From Acidimicrobiales bacterium (GTDB lineage: Bacteria > Actinomycetota > Acidimicrobiia > Acidimicrobiales > Bog-793), in NCBI GenBank assembly GCA_049523315.1, contig JBEKMZ010000007.1, positions 18,383-82,382 on the forward strand: a DNA stretch of 64,000 nt, written 5' to 3'. The notes under the pieces are model-generated. The model saw only the letters and a list, made by a program, of their open reading frames with translations, did no database searches and was not told where the DNA came from. Positions 37,034-46,713 of the stretch are shown one piece after another. How positions within the stretch are numbered: position 1 is the stretch's first letter; every line of letters starts with the position of its first letter. Position numbers and translations under genes: made by a program.

Positions 37034-39384
37034 CGTGCAGCCGGCGCGGGAGCATCGCTCCTCCCAGGGACGAGCCGGTAGGCGTCATAGACGCTGTCGA
37101 GAAGCCTGAGGTTTTCGAGCAGCGAGTCGAGATGCTCCGGGTCCGCGAGCTCGAATTCGAAACGCATGCGGCTCACCCTATCCGGCGTCGTGTGGGTCGA
37201 CGAGGAGATGATGCTTACGTGATGCTCGGACATGACTTTTGCCACGTCGGCCAGCAGCCGGGTCCGGTCCAGTGCCTTCACCTCGATGGCGGCGACGAAG
37301 ACGCCCGTGCGGTCCTCGTCCCACTCGACCTCGATGAGCCGCTCCTTCTCGTCCGCCGCGAGCGCGATCGCGTTCGCGCAGTCCTCGCGGTGCACCGACA
37401 CGCCACGGCCGCGGGTGACAAAGCCGATCACGCGGTCTCCCGGCACCGGTGTGCAACACCGCGACAGGCGCACCATGACGTCGTCGAGGCCCTCCACGTA
37501 GATTCCAGTCGAAACACGCCGGCGCGAGGTCCGCCTCGGCTGCAGAGCTGTCGATGGCAGCTGCTCCTCGCCCTCTCCCCCGCGCAGCTCCCGCTCGATG
37601 CGCTGCACGAGCGCCTGGCCCGAGATGTGGCCCTCCCCGAGCGCAGCGTGGAGAGCGTCGAGGTCGGCGTAGCCCATCGAGGTCGCGACGGCGGTCAAGG
37701 TGGGTGAATTCTGCAGCTTTTGGACCGGCAGGCCGCCCCGGCGAAGCGCCCGAGCCAGCTCCTCGCGACCGGTCTCGATGGCGTCTTCACGGCGTTCTCT
37801 CGAGAACCACTGCCTGATCTTGTTGCGCGCCCGTGGCGATGTGGCGATCTGCAGCCAGTCGCGCGAGGGACCGGCGGAAGCCGTCTTGGAAGTGACTATC
37901 TCGACGGTGTCACCCGAGTGCAGCTTCGAGTCGAGTGGCAAGAGGCGGCCGTTGACACGCGCCCCGACGCAGCGGTGGCCGACCTCGGTGTGGATGGCAT
38001 ACGCGAAGTCGACCGGAGTTGCTCCGGCCGGCAATGTGACGATAAGGCCCTTCGGAGTGAAGACGTAGACCTCGTCCTGCTCGAGGTCGATCTTGAGCGT
38101 CTCGAGGAACTCCACCGGGTCGGGGGTCTCGCGCTCCCAGTCGACGATCCGCTGCAGCCACGCGATCTCGTCGGTGGACCGAGCGCCGCGTTGCGCGCCG
38201 GGCTTGCTCGGAGAAGGCGGCTTGCCGCCACCTGCGGGCTTGGTGCCGGCCGCCTCCTTGTAGCCCCAGTGCGCCGCGATCCCGAACTCGGCCCTGCGGT
38301 GCATCTCTTGGGTCCTGATCTGGATCTCGAGAGGTTTGACGCGTGGCCCGACGACCGTGGTGTGCAGGGACTGGTACAGGTTGAACTTCGGCGAGTTGAT
38401 GTAGTCCTTGAAACGGCCCTGCACCGGAGGCCAGAGGGCGTGCACGGTCCCGAGCGCCGCCCAGCAGTCCTTCTCCGCCGGCACGATGACCCGGATCGCG
38501 ACGAGGTCGTGGATCTCGTCGAATTCCTTACCCCGCACGACCATCTTCTCGTAGATGCTCCACAGGTTCTTCGGCCGCCCCGTGACCTCCGCTTCGATCC
38601 CAGCCGCTGAGAGGCGTTCGCGCACGACGGCGAGGACCTCGGCGAGCTCGCCCTCGCGCCGCGGGGCACGCGTCGCAACCATCTGGGCGATCTCCGCGAA
38701 GCGCTTCGGGTGAAGCGTCTCAAAGGCGAGATCCTCGAGCTGCCACTTTATGTCCTGGATGCCCAGGCGATGGGCGAGGGGGGCGTAGATGTCCCGGGTC
38801 TCCTCGGCGGTACGGCGTTGTTTCCATTCGGGCATGACCGACAGGGTCCGCATGTTGTGAAGCCGGTCGGCGAGCTTGATGACCAGTACCCGCCAGTCGC
38901 TCGCCATGGCGACGAGCATCTTGCGCATCGTCGCGGCCTGCTGGGCTTCCTTCGAATCAAAGCGGAGCCGGTCCAGCTTCGTGACGCCGTCCACGATCGC
39001 GGCCACGGCCGGACCGAACTCGGCCTCGATCTGGGACAACGTGACGCCGGTGTCCTCCACGGCGTCGTGGAGCAGGGCCGCCGCCGCGGCGACGTTGTCG
39101 AGGCCGAGGTCCGCGATGATGGTGGCGACGGCGACCGGATGGGTGATGTAGGGCTCCCCCGACAGCCGGTACTGGCCCTCGTGCGCCTTGGTGGCGTACG
39201 CGTGCGCCCGCCGGACCAGGTCGAGATCTTCGCCGGAGCGCCTCGCGCTCAGAGTCGAGATGATCCCGTCGACCTCCGAGGTCTCCGGCGGGACGAGGGC
39301 GCGGGCGGGGTTCTCGGGGCTCTCGGGTGCCGTCTCCGCCGACGCAGCAATCGGCCCGAGCGGCGCGGGATCGACTGCAGACAT
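37030..39384 (-). CDS. relA: bifunctional (p)ppGpp synthetase/hydrolase
   Basis: 784 aa with the HD domain (LLHDAVEDT), the RelA/SpoT synthetase block (YQSLHTTV), and TGS and ACT regions. Confidence 0.95.
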   Translation of the reverse strand: MSAVDPAPLGPIAASAETAPESPENPARALVPPETSEVDGIISTLSARRSGEDLDLVRRAHAYATKAHEGQYRLSGEPYITHPVAVATIIADLGLDNVAAAAALLHDAVEDTGVTLSQIEAEFGPAVAAIVDGVTKLDRLRFDSKEAQQAATMRKMLVAMASDWRVLVIKLADRLHNMRTLSVMPEWKQRRTAEETRDIYAPLAHRLGIQDIKWQLEDLAFETLHPKRFAEIAQMVATRAPRREGELAEVLAVVRERLSAAGIEAEVTGRPKNLWSIYEKMVVRGKEFDEIHDLVAIRVIVPAEKDCWAALGTVHALWPPVQGRFKDYINSPKFNLYQSLHTTVVGPRVKPLEIQIRTQEMHRRAEFGIAAHWGYKEAAGTKPAGGGKPPSPSKPGAQRGARSTDEIAWLQRIVDWERETPDPVEFLETLKIDLEQDEVYVFTPKGLIVTLPAGATPVDFAYAIHTEVGHRCVGARVNGRLLPLDSKLHSGDTVEIVTSKTASAGPSRDWLQIATSPRARNKIRQWFSRERREDAIETGREELARALRRGGLPVQKLQNSPTLTAVATSMGYADLDALHAALGEGHISGQALVQRIERELRGGEGEEQLPSTALQPRRTSRRRVSTGIYVEGLDDVMVRLSRCCTPVPGDRVIGFVTRGRGVSVHREDCANAIALAADEKERLIEVEWDEDRTGVFVAAIEVKALDRTRLLADVAKVMSEHHVSIISSSTHTTPDRVSRMRFEFELADPEHLDSLLENLRLLDSVYDAYRLVPGRSDAPAPAAR

Positions 39385-39529
39385 AACCTGAATCTATCCG
39401 CTAGAGGCGGTCCGACCTGCGAACAGACCGTTTCGCGGCCGCCGCGTTCAGGCGTCCGCCCATTAAAGTCCCTGGTGAAGTGTGTGACGAACCTCAAGCC
39501 GATGACGATGCCAGTGAAAGAGCCGCCTT

Positions 39530-40177
39530 GTGACAACGCCGCCCGACCCTGAAGCCGAGGCGGCCTTCGAACTAGGCCCGCCCCAGTTCCAAAGGGCGAA
39601 GCCGCCGTCGCTGCGGGCTGCCTTCGTCGTGCTCGCATGCGCCGCGGCTGTGACTTTCGGGGGTTTTGCCGTCGCGCTCGTAGGCAGCGGGCAGGCGACC
39701 CCGGCAACGGTCAGCGGCCTCGCGACTCCGGTGCCCGGGGTCAGCCTCGCCGCGGTTGACGCCTCCGGGGTCCTCCAGCGCATCGCGAGCGGTGGCACTC
39801 CTCCGCCGGACATCCTGGACGCGCTCGTCGTGCCGAACGGGGCGCGAATCGAGGGAACGACCACCCAAGATGCCAATGTCGACCAGTACGACCGTGGTAT
39901 GAAATTCCAGATCACCACCACCTCGAGTGAGCTGGTCAGCTTCTACCGGACGGAGTTGAAACGAGCCCACTGGTCACTTCTCGGGACCTACCCGGTGGCG
40001 AGCGCAGGGATCGAGGTCCTCGCACAGCGGGCGGGTAGCGACGGCTACGAATGGGAGGTCGGGGTGATCGTCGCGCCAGTCAATCCATCGATCTCCCCCT
40101 CGCTGGCCGGAGACGGGCAGACCTCCGCCGCGATGGGGCTCACACTCAGGCTGTTCGAGATCCCGGACGCGTCCTGA
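39530..40177 (+). CDS. hypothetical membrane-anchored/secreted protein
   Basis: 215-aa ORF with one N-terminal TM segment (AAFVVLACAAAVTFGGFAVALVG). No family recognised. Confidence 0.5.
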   Translation: MTTPPDPEAEAAFELGPPQFQRAKPPSLRAAFVVLACAAAVTFGGFAVALVGSGQATPATVSGLATPVPGVSLAAVDASGVLQRIASGGTPPPDILDALVVPNGARIEGTTTQDANVDQYDRGMKFQITTTSSELVSFYRTELKRAHWSLLGTYPVASAGIEVLAQRAGSDGYEWEVGVIVAPVNPSISPSLAGDGQTSAAMGLTLRLFEIPDAS

Positions 40178-41481
40178 GCGTGGCCGTCGTGGGCCAAGGC
40201 ACCCTTCGCACCCAACGCGAGCGGGGTGAACAGGACGGCGCAGGACAACAGATCGAGCGGGTAGATCAGATAGCCGAAGCGGGTGGCCGGCGCGAGCACC
40301 GTGGCCAATAACATGGCGAGCCCGCTGAAGCCCGCCGCGCTTTGCGGGCTCGAAGGAGTCCAGCGCTTGAGCCCGTAGGCGACCGCGGCGAGACCCACCA
40401 AGCCGAGGAGCGCGATTATCTCCGGCTTGACCGAAGGGAACAGCACGACGAGCTCCTGGCCCAAAAGAGGGCTCGCCGCGGGCGATTTCACCCTCGTAAG
40501 CCCGAGCGGGAACTTGATGGCGTTGGTGACAAATGCATGCCAGTTCGAGCCGATACCGATTCCGAGAATGGGGATGGCGACCGCCGCGACAGCGAACGAG
40601 TAGCGCAGGATCGCGCGCCTGCCACGCCGGTCCCACTCCCCCAACGCCAGCAAGATGAGCAAGGGCCAAGCGGTGAACTTCAAAGTGCCGGCGAGGCCGA
40701 TGGCCAGACCTGACCAGACCGGTCTTCGCCGGGTCGCGAGGGCCAGTCCGAGCATCATGAGGGCGATAACCGGTAGGTCGTCACCGCCCGTCACCATCGG
40801 GAGCGCGCCACTCGGTAGCACGACGACGACTTGGAACAGGCGCCATCTCCGTCGGGAGGGAACCTCCGCAAGGAGCAACGCCGCGCCGATGACGATCAGC
40901 GAGAAGCCGGTCAACGGGATCCTCGCGTCCTTGAGCTCGGCGGGACCGGACGTGGCGTTTATGAGGCCGAAGGGGCACATGCCCGGCAGATAAGGGAAGA
41001 ACGAGTCCTCCGACTGGCTCGTGACCGAACCCCCGATCGTCTTCGGATGGGCGAGGTAGCAGTTCTTGTGGTTCATCACCCGGTCCCCGCCGGCCTCGAT
41101 GACGGTGACCTCGTTTTGGACCTCGTCACCGGGGTGGTGATCCGCGCGCAAGACCACCTCGACGCCGAGAGGGACGAGCATGACCGTGATGAGGAGGCCG
41201 AGGATGACGCCGTTCCTGAGCCGGTCGCGCTCGCTTGCGGTCCCGTCCCGCTTCACCCGGCGCGAGCGCCGCCGCGCCGCACCCCAGCACAGGACGACCG
41301 CGACCGCGTACGGTCCGACCGCCATCTCCGCCCACTGGCGGTAGTCCGCGCTCTCCCCGAGCAGGATCGTGCCGAGGGCGAGGATCGCCGCTAACAGATA
41401 GAGCAGTGCGTCCTGATCGAGGATCGACAGGGCCACTAGGCGATCTCGCCACCCAAGCGTGGTGCGCATGATCGCGGCCAT
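40045..41481 (-). CDS. polytopic membrane protein, GT-C-type glycosyltransferase-like (DUF2029/GT87-like guess)
   Basis: 478 aa with many TM segments. The assignment rests on general resemblance only. Its 3' end overlaps the 39530..40177 ORF by 133 nt. Confidence 0.5.
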   Translation of the reverse strand: MAAIMRTTLGWRDRLVALSILDQDALLYLLAAILALGTILLGESADYRQWAEMAVGPYAVAVVLCWGAARRRSRRVKRDGTASERDRLRNGVILGLLITVMLVPLGVEVVLRADHHPGDEVQNEVTVIEAGGDRVMNHKNCYLAHPKTIGGSVTSQSEDSFFPYLPGMCPFGLINATSGPAELKDARIPLTGFSLIVIGAALLLAEVPSRRRWRLFQVVVVLPSGALPMVTGGDDLPVIALMMLGLALATRRRPVWSGLAIGLAGTLKFTAWPLLILLALGEWDRRGRRAILRYSFAVAAVAIPILGIGIGSNWHAFVTNAIKFPLGLTRVKSPAASPLLGQELVVLFPSVKPEIIALLGLVGLAAVAYGLKRWTPSSPQSAAGFSGLAMLLATVLAPATRFGYLIYPLDLLSCAVLFTPLALGAKGALAHDGHAQDASGISNSLSVSPIAAEVCPSPASEGEIDGLTGATITPTSHS

Positions 41482-41527
41482 CTCTCAGAGCGTATCGGCC
41501 GGCGGGCTTGTCGGGCCGCTCGTGGAA

Positions 41528-41555
41528 GGGCCGCCCGCGTTCAGGCGGGCAGCCC
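41528..41555 (-). terminator. hairpin downstream of the peroxiredoxin gene
   Basis: GGGCCGCCCG-cgttcagg-CGGGCAGCCC, an imperfect 9-10 bp GC stem about 20 nt after the prx stop. Confidence 0.3.
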
Positions 41556-41574
41556 TGTCCTGACGCGAGGATCT

Positions 41575-42210
41575 TTAGCGGTTGGGTTGGGGCGTGTAGC
41601 GCAAGTAGGGCTTGATAGCCCTGAATCCCTTCGGGAACTTCTCCTTCGCCTCGTCGTCGCTGACTGCCGTGACGATGATGACGTCCTCGCCATCGTGCCA
41701 GTTGACCGGTGTCGCGACCTGATAGCCCGCGGTGAGCTGCAGCGAGTCGATCACACGGAGGATCTCCTCGAAGTTGCGTCCCGTGCTCGCCGGGTAGGTG
41801 ATCGTGAGCTTCACCTTCTTGTCCGGGCCGATCACGAACACCGACCGCACCGTCAAGGTGTTGTCCGCGTTCGGGTGGATCATCCCGTAAAGGTCGGCCA
41901 CCTTGCGGTCAGCATCCGCGATGAGCGGGAAATTGAGCGAGTGGCCGGTGGCGTCCGCGATGTCGCCCACCCAGCGCTCGTGCGAGCCGAGCGGGTCGAC
42001 CGACAGGCCGATGACCTTCGCGTTGCGCTTGTCGAACTCGCCCTTCAGTCGTGAGACCTCTCCGAGCTCTGTGGTGCACACCGGAGTGAAGTCCTTCGGG
42101 TGCGAGAAGAGCACGCCCCATCGGTCGCCCAGCCACTCGTGGAAGTTGATGGTCCCCTCCGTGGTCTCAGCGGTGAAATCAGGGGCAACATCGCCCAACT
42201 GAAGTGCCAT
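41575..42210 (-). CDS. 1-Cys peroxiredoxin (Prx6-type)
   Basis: GDVAPDF, the peroxidatic-Cys motif FSHPKDFTPVCTTE, and a ~210-aa Prx6 layout. Confidence 0.95.
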   Translation of the reverse strand: MALQLGDVAPDFTAETTEGTINFHEWLGDRWGVLFSHPKDFTPVCTTELGEVSRLKGEFDKRNAKVIGLSVDPLGSHERWVGDIADATGHSLNFPLIADADRKVADLYGMIHPNADNTLTVRSVFVIGPDKKVKLTITYPASTGRNFEEILRVIDSLQLTAGYQVATPVNWHDGEDVIIVTAVSDDEAKEKFPKGFRAIKPYLRYTPQPNR

Positions 42211-42408
42211 GTCTTTTCTCCTGTCCTAGATCCGACACCGCCCCCGGCCACGCACGGCCGTGACGCTTGGGCGATGACATTAGTCGGCATTTGGTTCAGT
42301 CGTGTCAGCAGCAGACTGCTATCTCAGGGCGATGCAGGCAGCTTCGCGAGCGAATGTCCGCCGTCGCGAACGACCAGGCCGAGGCCACCGGCCAGGGACC
42401 GGCCGCCG

Positions 42409-43230
42409 TCAAGCGAGCAGTAGCCGGCCGAGCCGGCGTGAGGCGCCCGTGAGCCCGATCGCGCCGAGAAGGCCCAGATAGCCCGCGTGCACGAGCAGGA
42501 CGGGGCCGATCGCTCCGGTGTCGAGGCCGCGTAGCAGGGCGACGCCCTGGTACAGCGGCGTGAGCGTCACGACGATGCGAAGCCACTCGGGGTACAAAGA
42601 GAGCGGGTAAAAGACGCCCGAGAACAGGAACAGGGGCACGATCGCGAGCGATATCAGGTCGAAGTCCTGCCAACTGCGCATGTAGCAGGTGCCGAACATC
42701 CCGATGCCCCCGAAAGCGAAGCTCACGAGCATGGCAGCGGGCAGGCACAGCACGGCCCACCACGACGCAACCAGGCCGAGCGCGCTCATCACGACGAGGA
42801 ACGCGATCGAATAGACGGTCCCGCGGATGAGGGACCAGGTCAGCTCACCGATCGCGACGTCACGGACCCCGAGCGGGGTCGCGAGCACGGCGTCGTAGGT
42901 TTTTGCGATCTTGAGCTTGAAGAAGATCCCGAAGGTGGAGTCGAAAATCGCCCCGTTCATGGCCGACGAGGCGAGCAGGCCCGGGGCGACGAAGTCCGTG
43001 TAAGGGATCGAGCGACCGCCTATGTCGAGATGGCCGACGAGATGATTGAGCCCGACCCCGATCGAGAGCAGGTAGAACAGCGGCTCGAAGAACCCAGAGA
43101 CGAGGAAGATCCATCCCCGCCGATACGCGACGACGTTGCGTTCCACGAGGCGGCGGGCTCGCCCGCGCGTGAGCCTTATCGGTGGTGCGATCCTGAGCGG
43201 GAGACCGAGTGTCGCGTCAGACGTGCTCAC
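42409..43230 (-). CDS. ABC-2 type transporter permease
   Basis: 273-aa six-TM protein downstream of a paralogous permease and a DrrA-like ATPase. Confidence 0.8.
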   Translation of the reverse strand: MSTSDATLGLPLRIAPPIRLTRGRARRLVERNVVAYRRGWIFLVSGFFEPLFYLLSIGVGLNHLVGHLDIGGRSIPYTDFVAPGLLASSAMNGAIFDSTFGIFFKLKIAKTYDAVLATPLGVRDVAIGELTWSLIRGTVYSIAFLVVMSALGLVASWWAVLCLPAAMLVSFAFGGIGMFGTCYMRSWQDFDLISLAIVPLFLFSGVFYPLSLYPEWLRIVVTLTPLYQGVALLRGLDTGAIGPVLLVHAGYLGLLGAIGLTGASRRLGRLLLA

Positions 43231-43237
43231 CGGGACC

Positions 43238-44065
43238 TCATTGCACGAGCCTGCGGCGATAGGTCAGCCTCGCCGCCAGCACCCCGCCCGCGAGCATCAC
43301 GGCCAGATAGCCGACGTGACCGAGGTCGTCCAACCCGGCCACGCGCCCGAGCACGAGATCGCGACAGAGGCTGACACCTTGATAGAGCGGCGTGCAGCGG
43401 GCGACGGTTTGCAACCATCCCGGCAGCTGTGTCACCGGGAAGAAAGTTCCCGAGAACAGGAACAACGGGACGACGATGAACCGGTAGAGGACGATAAAGG
43501 ACTGATCGGTCTCCTGGGTCGCGCTGAAGGCCATCACCGGTGCGGAAAAGGCGGCACCGGTGAGAACCGCGGCAGGGAACGCCGCCACGGCCCAAGTCGA
43601 ATGGACGGTGCCGAACGCGGCCATCACGCCTAGGAAGACCCCCGATGCGAGGGCGATGCGGGTCACGATCCAGAGAAGATGTCCGTAGAGGACGTCTGTC
43701 ACCGCGAGCGGCGAGGCGAGCATGGCCCAGTAGGTCTTGATCCACTTGATGCCCGCCATCACCGGGAACGTCGATTCGTTCGTGCCGATCTGCATGGCCG
43801 TCCCCGCGAGCAGTCCGGGAGCGAGGAACCATATGTAGCGCACGCCGTCGACGGCGTGGGCCGAGCCGTCGTCGATCAGGTGCCCCAGGCCGACGCCTAT
43901 CGCGGCGAGGTAGAGCAACGGGTACAGGAAGGTCGTGGTGAGCGATCCCCTCCAGGTCCGCCTGTAGGAGAGGAGGCTGTACTGGTAGGCGCGCAGCGCG
44001 AGCGGAGTCCGCGCCCGGCGCTGAGCTGTCGTAGTGGCCGGCGACGGCCACGTTGTCAGACTCAA
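43238..44065 (-). CDS. ABC-2 type transporter permease
   Basis: The track ORF 43238..44464 was trimmed to the TTG at 44065, which overlaps the ATPase stop. The start codon choice is uncertain. Confidence 0.7.
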   Translation of the reverse strand: MSLTTWPSPATTTAQRRARTPLALRAYQYSLLSYRRTWRGSLTTTFLYPLLYLAAIGVGLGHLIDDGSAHAVDGVRYIWFLAPGLLAGTAMQIGTNESTFPVMAGIKWIKTYWAMLASPLAVTDVLYGHLLWIVTRIALASGVFLGVMAAFGTVHSTWAVAAFPAAVLTGAAFSAPVMAFSATQETDQSFIVLYRFIVVPLFLFSGTFFPVTQLPGWLQTVARCTPLYQGVSLCRDLVLGRVAGLDDLGHVGYLAVMLAGGVLAARLTYRRRLVQ

Positions 44066-45090
44066 TCGACCAGGCTCCGCCCGGTCAGGTGCAAGAAGAC
44101 GTCCTCGAGCGTGGAGCGCCTCACAAGCGCCGCGATGGGAGACTTGCCGCGAGACCTCACCGCGTGGAGCGTCGCGTCTCCCTCGTCGGTGTACAGCAGC
44201 AGCCGGTCGGGAAGCACCTCGACCCGCTTGGCGAGATCGGCCAGCATCTCGCCGTGGGCCTCGTGACCCTCCGGCTCGAAGCGCAGCTCCACGACCTCGC
44301 GCGTCGACCACTGTTCGATCAGCTCGCGCGGTGACCCGAAGGCCGCGATGCGCCCTGCGTCCATCACGACCAGCCGGTCGCATAACTGCTCGGCCTCGTC
44401 CATGTAATGGGTCGTGATGACAAGGGTCACACCCTCGCGCTTGAGCCGGTAGAGCCGGTCCCACAACAAGTGGCGCGCCTGCGGGTCGAGGCCGGTCGTC
44501 GGCTCGTCCAGGATCACTAGCTCGGGCGTGGAGATAAGGGCCCTCGCGATCGTGAGCCGACGGCGCATCCCGCCCGAGAGCGGGTCGACACGGTCGTCAG
44601 CGCGCTCGGTGAGGCGAGCGAACTCGAGCAGCTTGTCGACGCGCTGGCGCAGCTCTTTTTTCGGGATGCCGAAGTAGCGCCCGTAGAGATACAGGTTGTC
44701 GCGCACGGTCAGCTCGAGGTCGAGCGTGTCTTCCTGCGGGACGAGCCCAATCCGGGCGCGTATGCGTGAGCCGTCGCGCATCGGGTCCAGCCCGAGGACG
44801 CGGAGGGACCCTCCCGAGATCGGAGAGAGGCAGGCGATCATCCGCATCGTGGAGGTCTTGCCCGCCCCGTTCGGGCCGAGGAACCCGAAGGCCTCCCCGG
44901 CGCGGATGTCGAAGTCGACCGAGTCGACGGCGGTGAACTCGCCGAAGCGCTTAGTGAGCCCGCGCGCCTGCACGACGGCTGCGACCGGCTCGTCCGGGGT
45001 CAAAGAGGACCCAGGTACCTGGCCCGGGCGCGCAGAGGAAGGTGGCCTCTTAGACCCTTCATGCAAAAGCGCATCGTCACCCGACCGCAT
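44062..45090 (-). CDS. ABC transporter ATP-binding protein (DrrA/ABC-2 type)
   Basis: Walker A GPNGAGKTS, signature LSGGMRRRL, Walker B LILDEPTTGLD. Confidence 0.9.
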   Translation of the reverse strand: MRSGDDALLHEGSKRPPSSARPGQVPGSSLTPDEPVAAVVQARGLTKRFGEFTAVDSVDFDIRAGEAFGFLGPNGAGKTSTMRMIACLSPISGGSLRVLGLDPMRDGSRIRARIGLVPQEDTLDLELTVRDNLYLYGRYFGIPKKELRQRVDKLLEFARLTERADDRVDPLSGGMRRRLTIARALISTPELVILDEPTTGLDPQARHLLWDRLYRLKREGVTLVITTHYMDEAEQLCDRLVVMDAGRIAAFGSPRELIEQWSTREVVELRFEPEGHEAHGEMLADLAKRVEVLPDRLLLYTDEGDATLHAVRSRGKSPIAALVRRSTLEDVFLHLTGRSLVD

Positions 45091-45180
45091 CTTCGATCCT
45101 CACTGCGCCGCGAGACCCCGCCGCCCGGAGAAATGGGCTGCCGCTCTGGCGGGGCGGGCCTGGCGCGGCCCTAGAATGTC

Positions 45181-46713
45181 GTGAACGTGCAGCAAGCTCC
45201 CGTTTGGCGCCGTATCAGGGCCGGCATCTTCGCCCTCGTTGTGTCCATGGGAGTTGCCACCGCCGCGATGCTCCCGTTCCGGAGCCATGTAAGCGTAGCG
45301 GCAGCCGCGCTCGTCTTGGTATTGCCGGTCGTGGGGGCAATGGTCGTCGGCGGCGCCTGGGTCGGGCTCGTAGCCGTGGCGCTTGGCTTTGTGCTCCTCG
45401 ACGTCCTGTTTATCCCGCCGTACGGGACACTGACCGTCGGCAGCGCACAGAACTGGCTCGCCCTTGTCGTCTACGTGGCGGTCGTCCTGCTCGTGGCCAT
45501 GGTGGTCTCGCGGCTGCAGGAGCTTCGCGCCCACGCCGCCCGCCACGCGGCCGACTCCCGGCGCCTCCTTGAGCTATCCGAGCTGCTTGTGGCCGACAAG
45601 CCGGTCTCGGAGATGCTCGGCGTGGTCGCATCCAGCGTCCGGAGCGCCTTCGACCTCGAGACGGTTGCGCTGTTGCTGCCCTCGGCCGAGAACGGCTACC
45701 TCGAAGTCGTCGCCTCCGACGGGCTCAAGCTTGAGGGGGAGTCACTCGAGCGCATACTGCCTTCCCCGGGGACTCCGGCCTCCCTGACCGGCAGCATCGT
45801 CGCAGGCGCCTTGCTCCGACAAATCCCGCTCGCGGCTGCCGGTAGACCCGTCGGGCTCCTCGTCCTACGTGGACGGGCCCTCGACCTGCACGACCGCGGT
45901 CTGCTTTCGACCTATGCCAACCACGCCGCGCTCGCCATCGAACGTGCCCAGCTGCGCGAGCAGGCCCTGCGGGCGGACGTTCTCCAGGAAGTCGACGAGT
46001 GGCGCGCGGCGCTTGTCGGCACGGTCGCCCACGACCTGCGCACGCCGCTCGCCTCGATCAAAGTCGCCGTCTCAGCGCTGCGAGAACCCGGCATCGTGCT
46101 CCCGGAGCTGGCTCGCCAAGACCTGCTCGAGACGATCGAGGAGCAGACGGACCGTTTGACGCGCCTTGTCAGCACGGTTCTCGAGCTCTGGAGGCTCGAG
46201 GCCGGCGCAAGGAGGCCAAAGCGCGAGCCCGTCGTGGTGGACGACCTCATCGACGAGGCCGCTGCCCTCGTCGAGAGCTCGCTCGACGCCTCGCGCCTGC
46301 ACAGGGTCGTCGCAGCCGGCCTGCCTCCGCTCGAAGTGGACCCCACTCTCATCGCGCAGGCCCTGGCTAACCTGCTGGAGAACGCCGCCCGCCATAGCCC
46401 ACCCGGCGCCGAGGTGCTGGTGGAGGTGTCGCGTCGTCACGGGCTCGTGAACGGGATCGAGCTCGCAGTCTCCGACTCGGGCCCGGGCGTCCCGCCCGAC
46501 CAACGCGAGCTCGTCTTCGACCTGTTCCACCGGGGGGCGGGCGGTGGCCGCGCCGGACTCGGTCTCGCCATCGCGAAGGCTTTCGTGGAGGCTCATGGCG
46601 GTCACATCGGCGTGGGAGCGGCCCGGGGTGGAGGCGCACGTTTTGCGTTGACATTGCCTACGGGCTCCGGCCTCGTCGGCGACTACAAGAGCGCGGACAA
46701 GGTCTTCTCGTGA
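45181..46713 (+). CDS. sensor histidine kinase, KdpD-like C-terminal architecture (DUF4118 membrane domain) without the N-terminal Kdp/Usp domains
   Basis: The TM bundle starts at residue ~10. H-box TVAHDLRTPL, N-box NLLENAARHS, G-boxes DSGPGV and GLGLAI. Confidence 0.85.
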   Translation: MNVQQAPVWRRIRAGIFALVVSMGVATAAMLPFRSHVSVAAAALVLVLPVVGAMVVGGAWVGLVAVALGFVLLDVLFIPPYGTLTVGSAQNWLALVVYVAVVLLVAMVVSRLQELRAHAARHAADSRRLLELSELLVADKPVSEMLGVVASSVRSAFDLETVALLLPSAENGYLEVVASDGLKLEGESLERILPSPGTPASLTGSIVAGALLRQIPLAAAGRPVGLLVLRGRALDLHDRGLLSTYANHAALAIERAQLREQALRADVLQEVDEWRAALVGTVAHDLRTPLASIKVAVSALREPGIVLPELARQDLLETIEEQTDRLTRLVSTVLELWRLEAGARRPKREPVVVDDLIDEAAALVESSLDASRLHRVVAAGLPPLEVDPTLIAQALANLLENAARHSPPGAEVLVEVSRRHGLVNGIELAVSDSGPGVPPDQRELVFDLFHRGAGGGRAGLGLAIAKAFVEAHGGHIGVGAARGGGARFALTLPTGSGLVGDYKSADKVFS

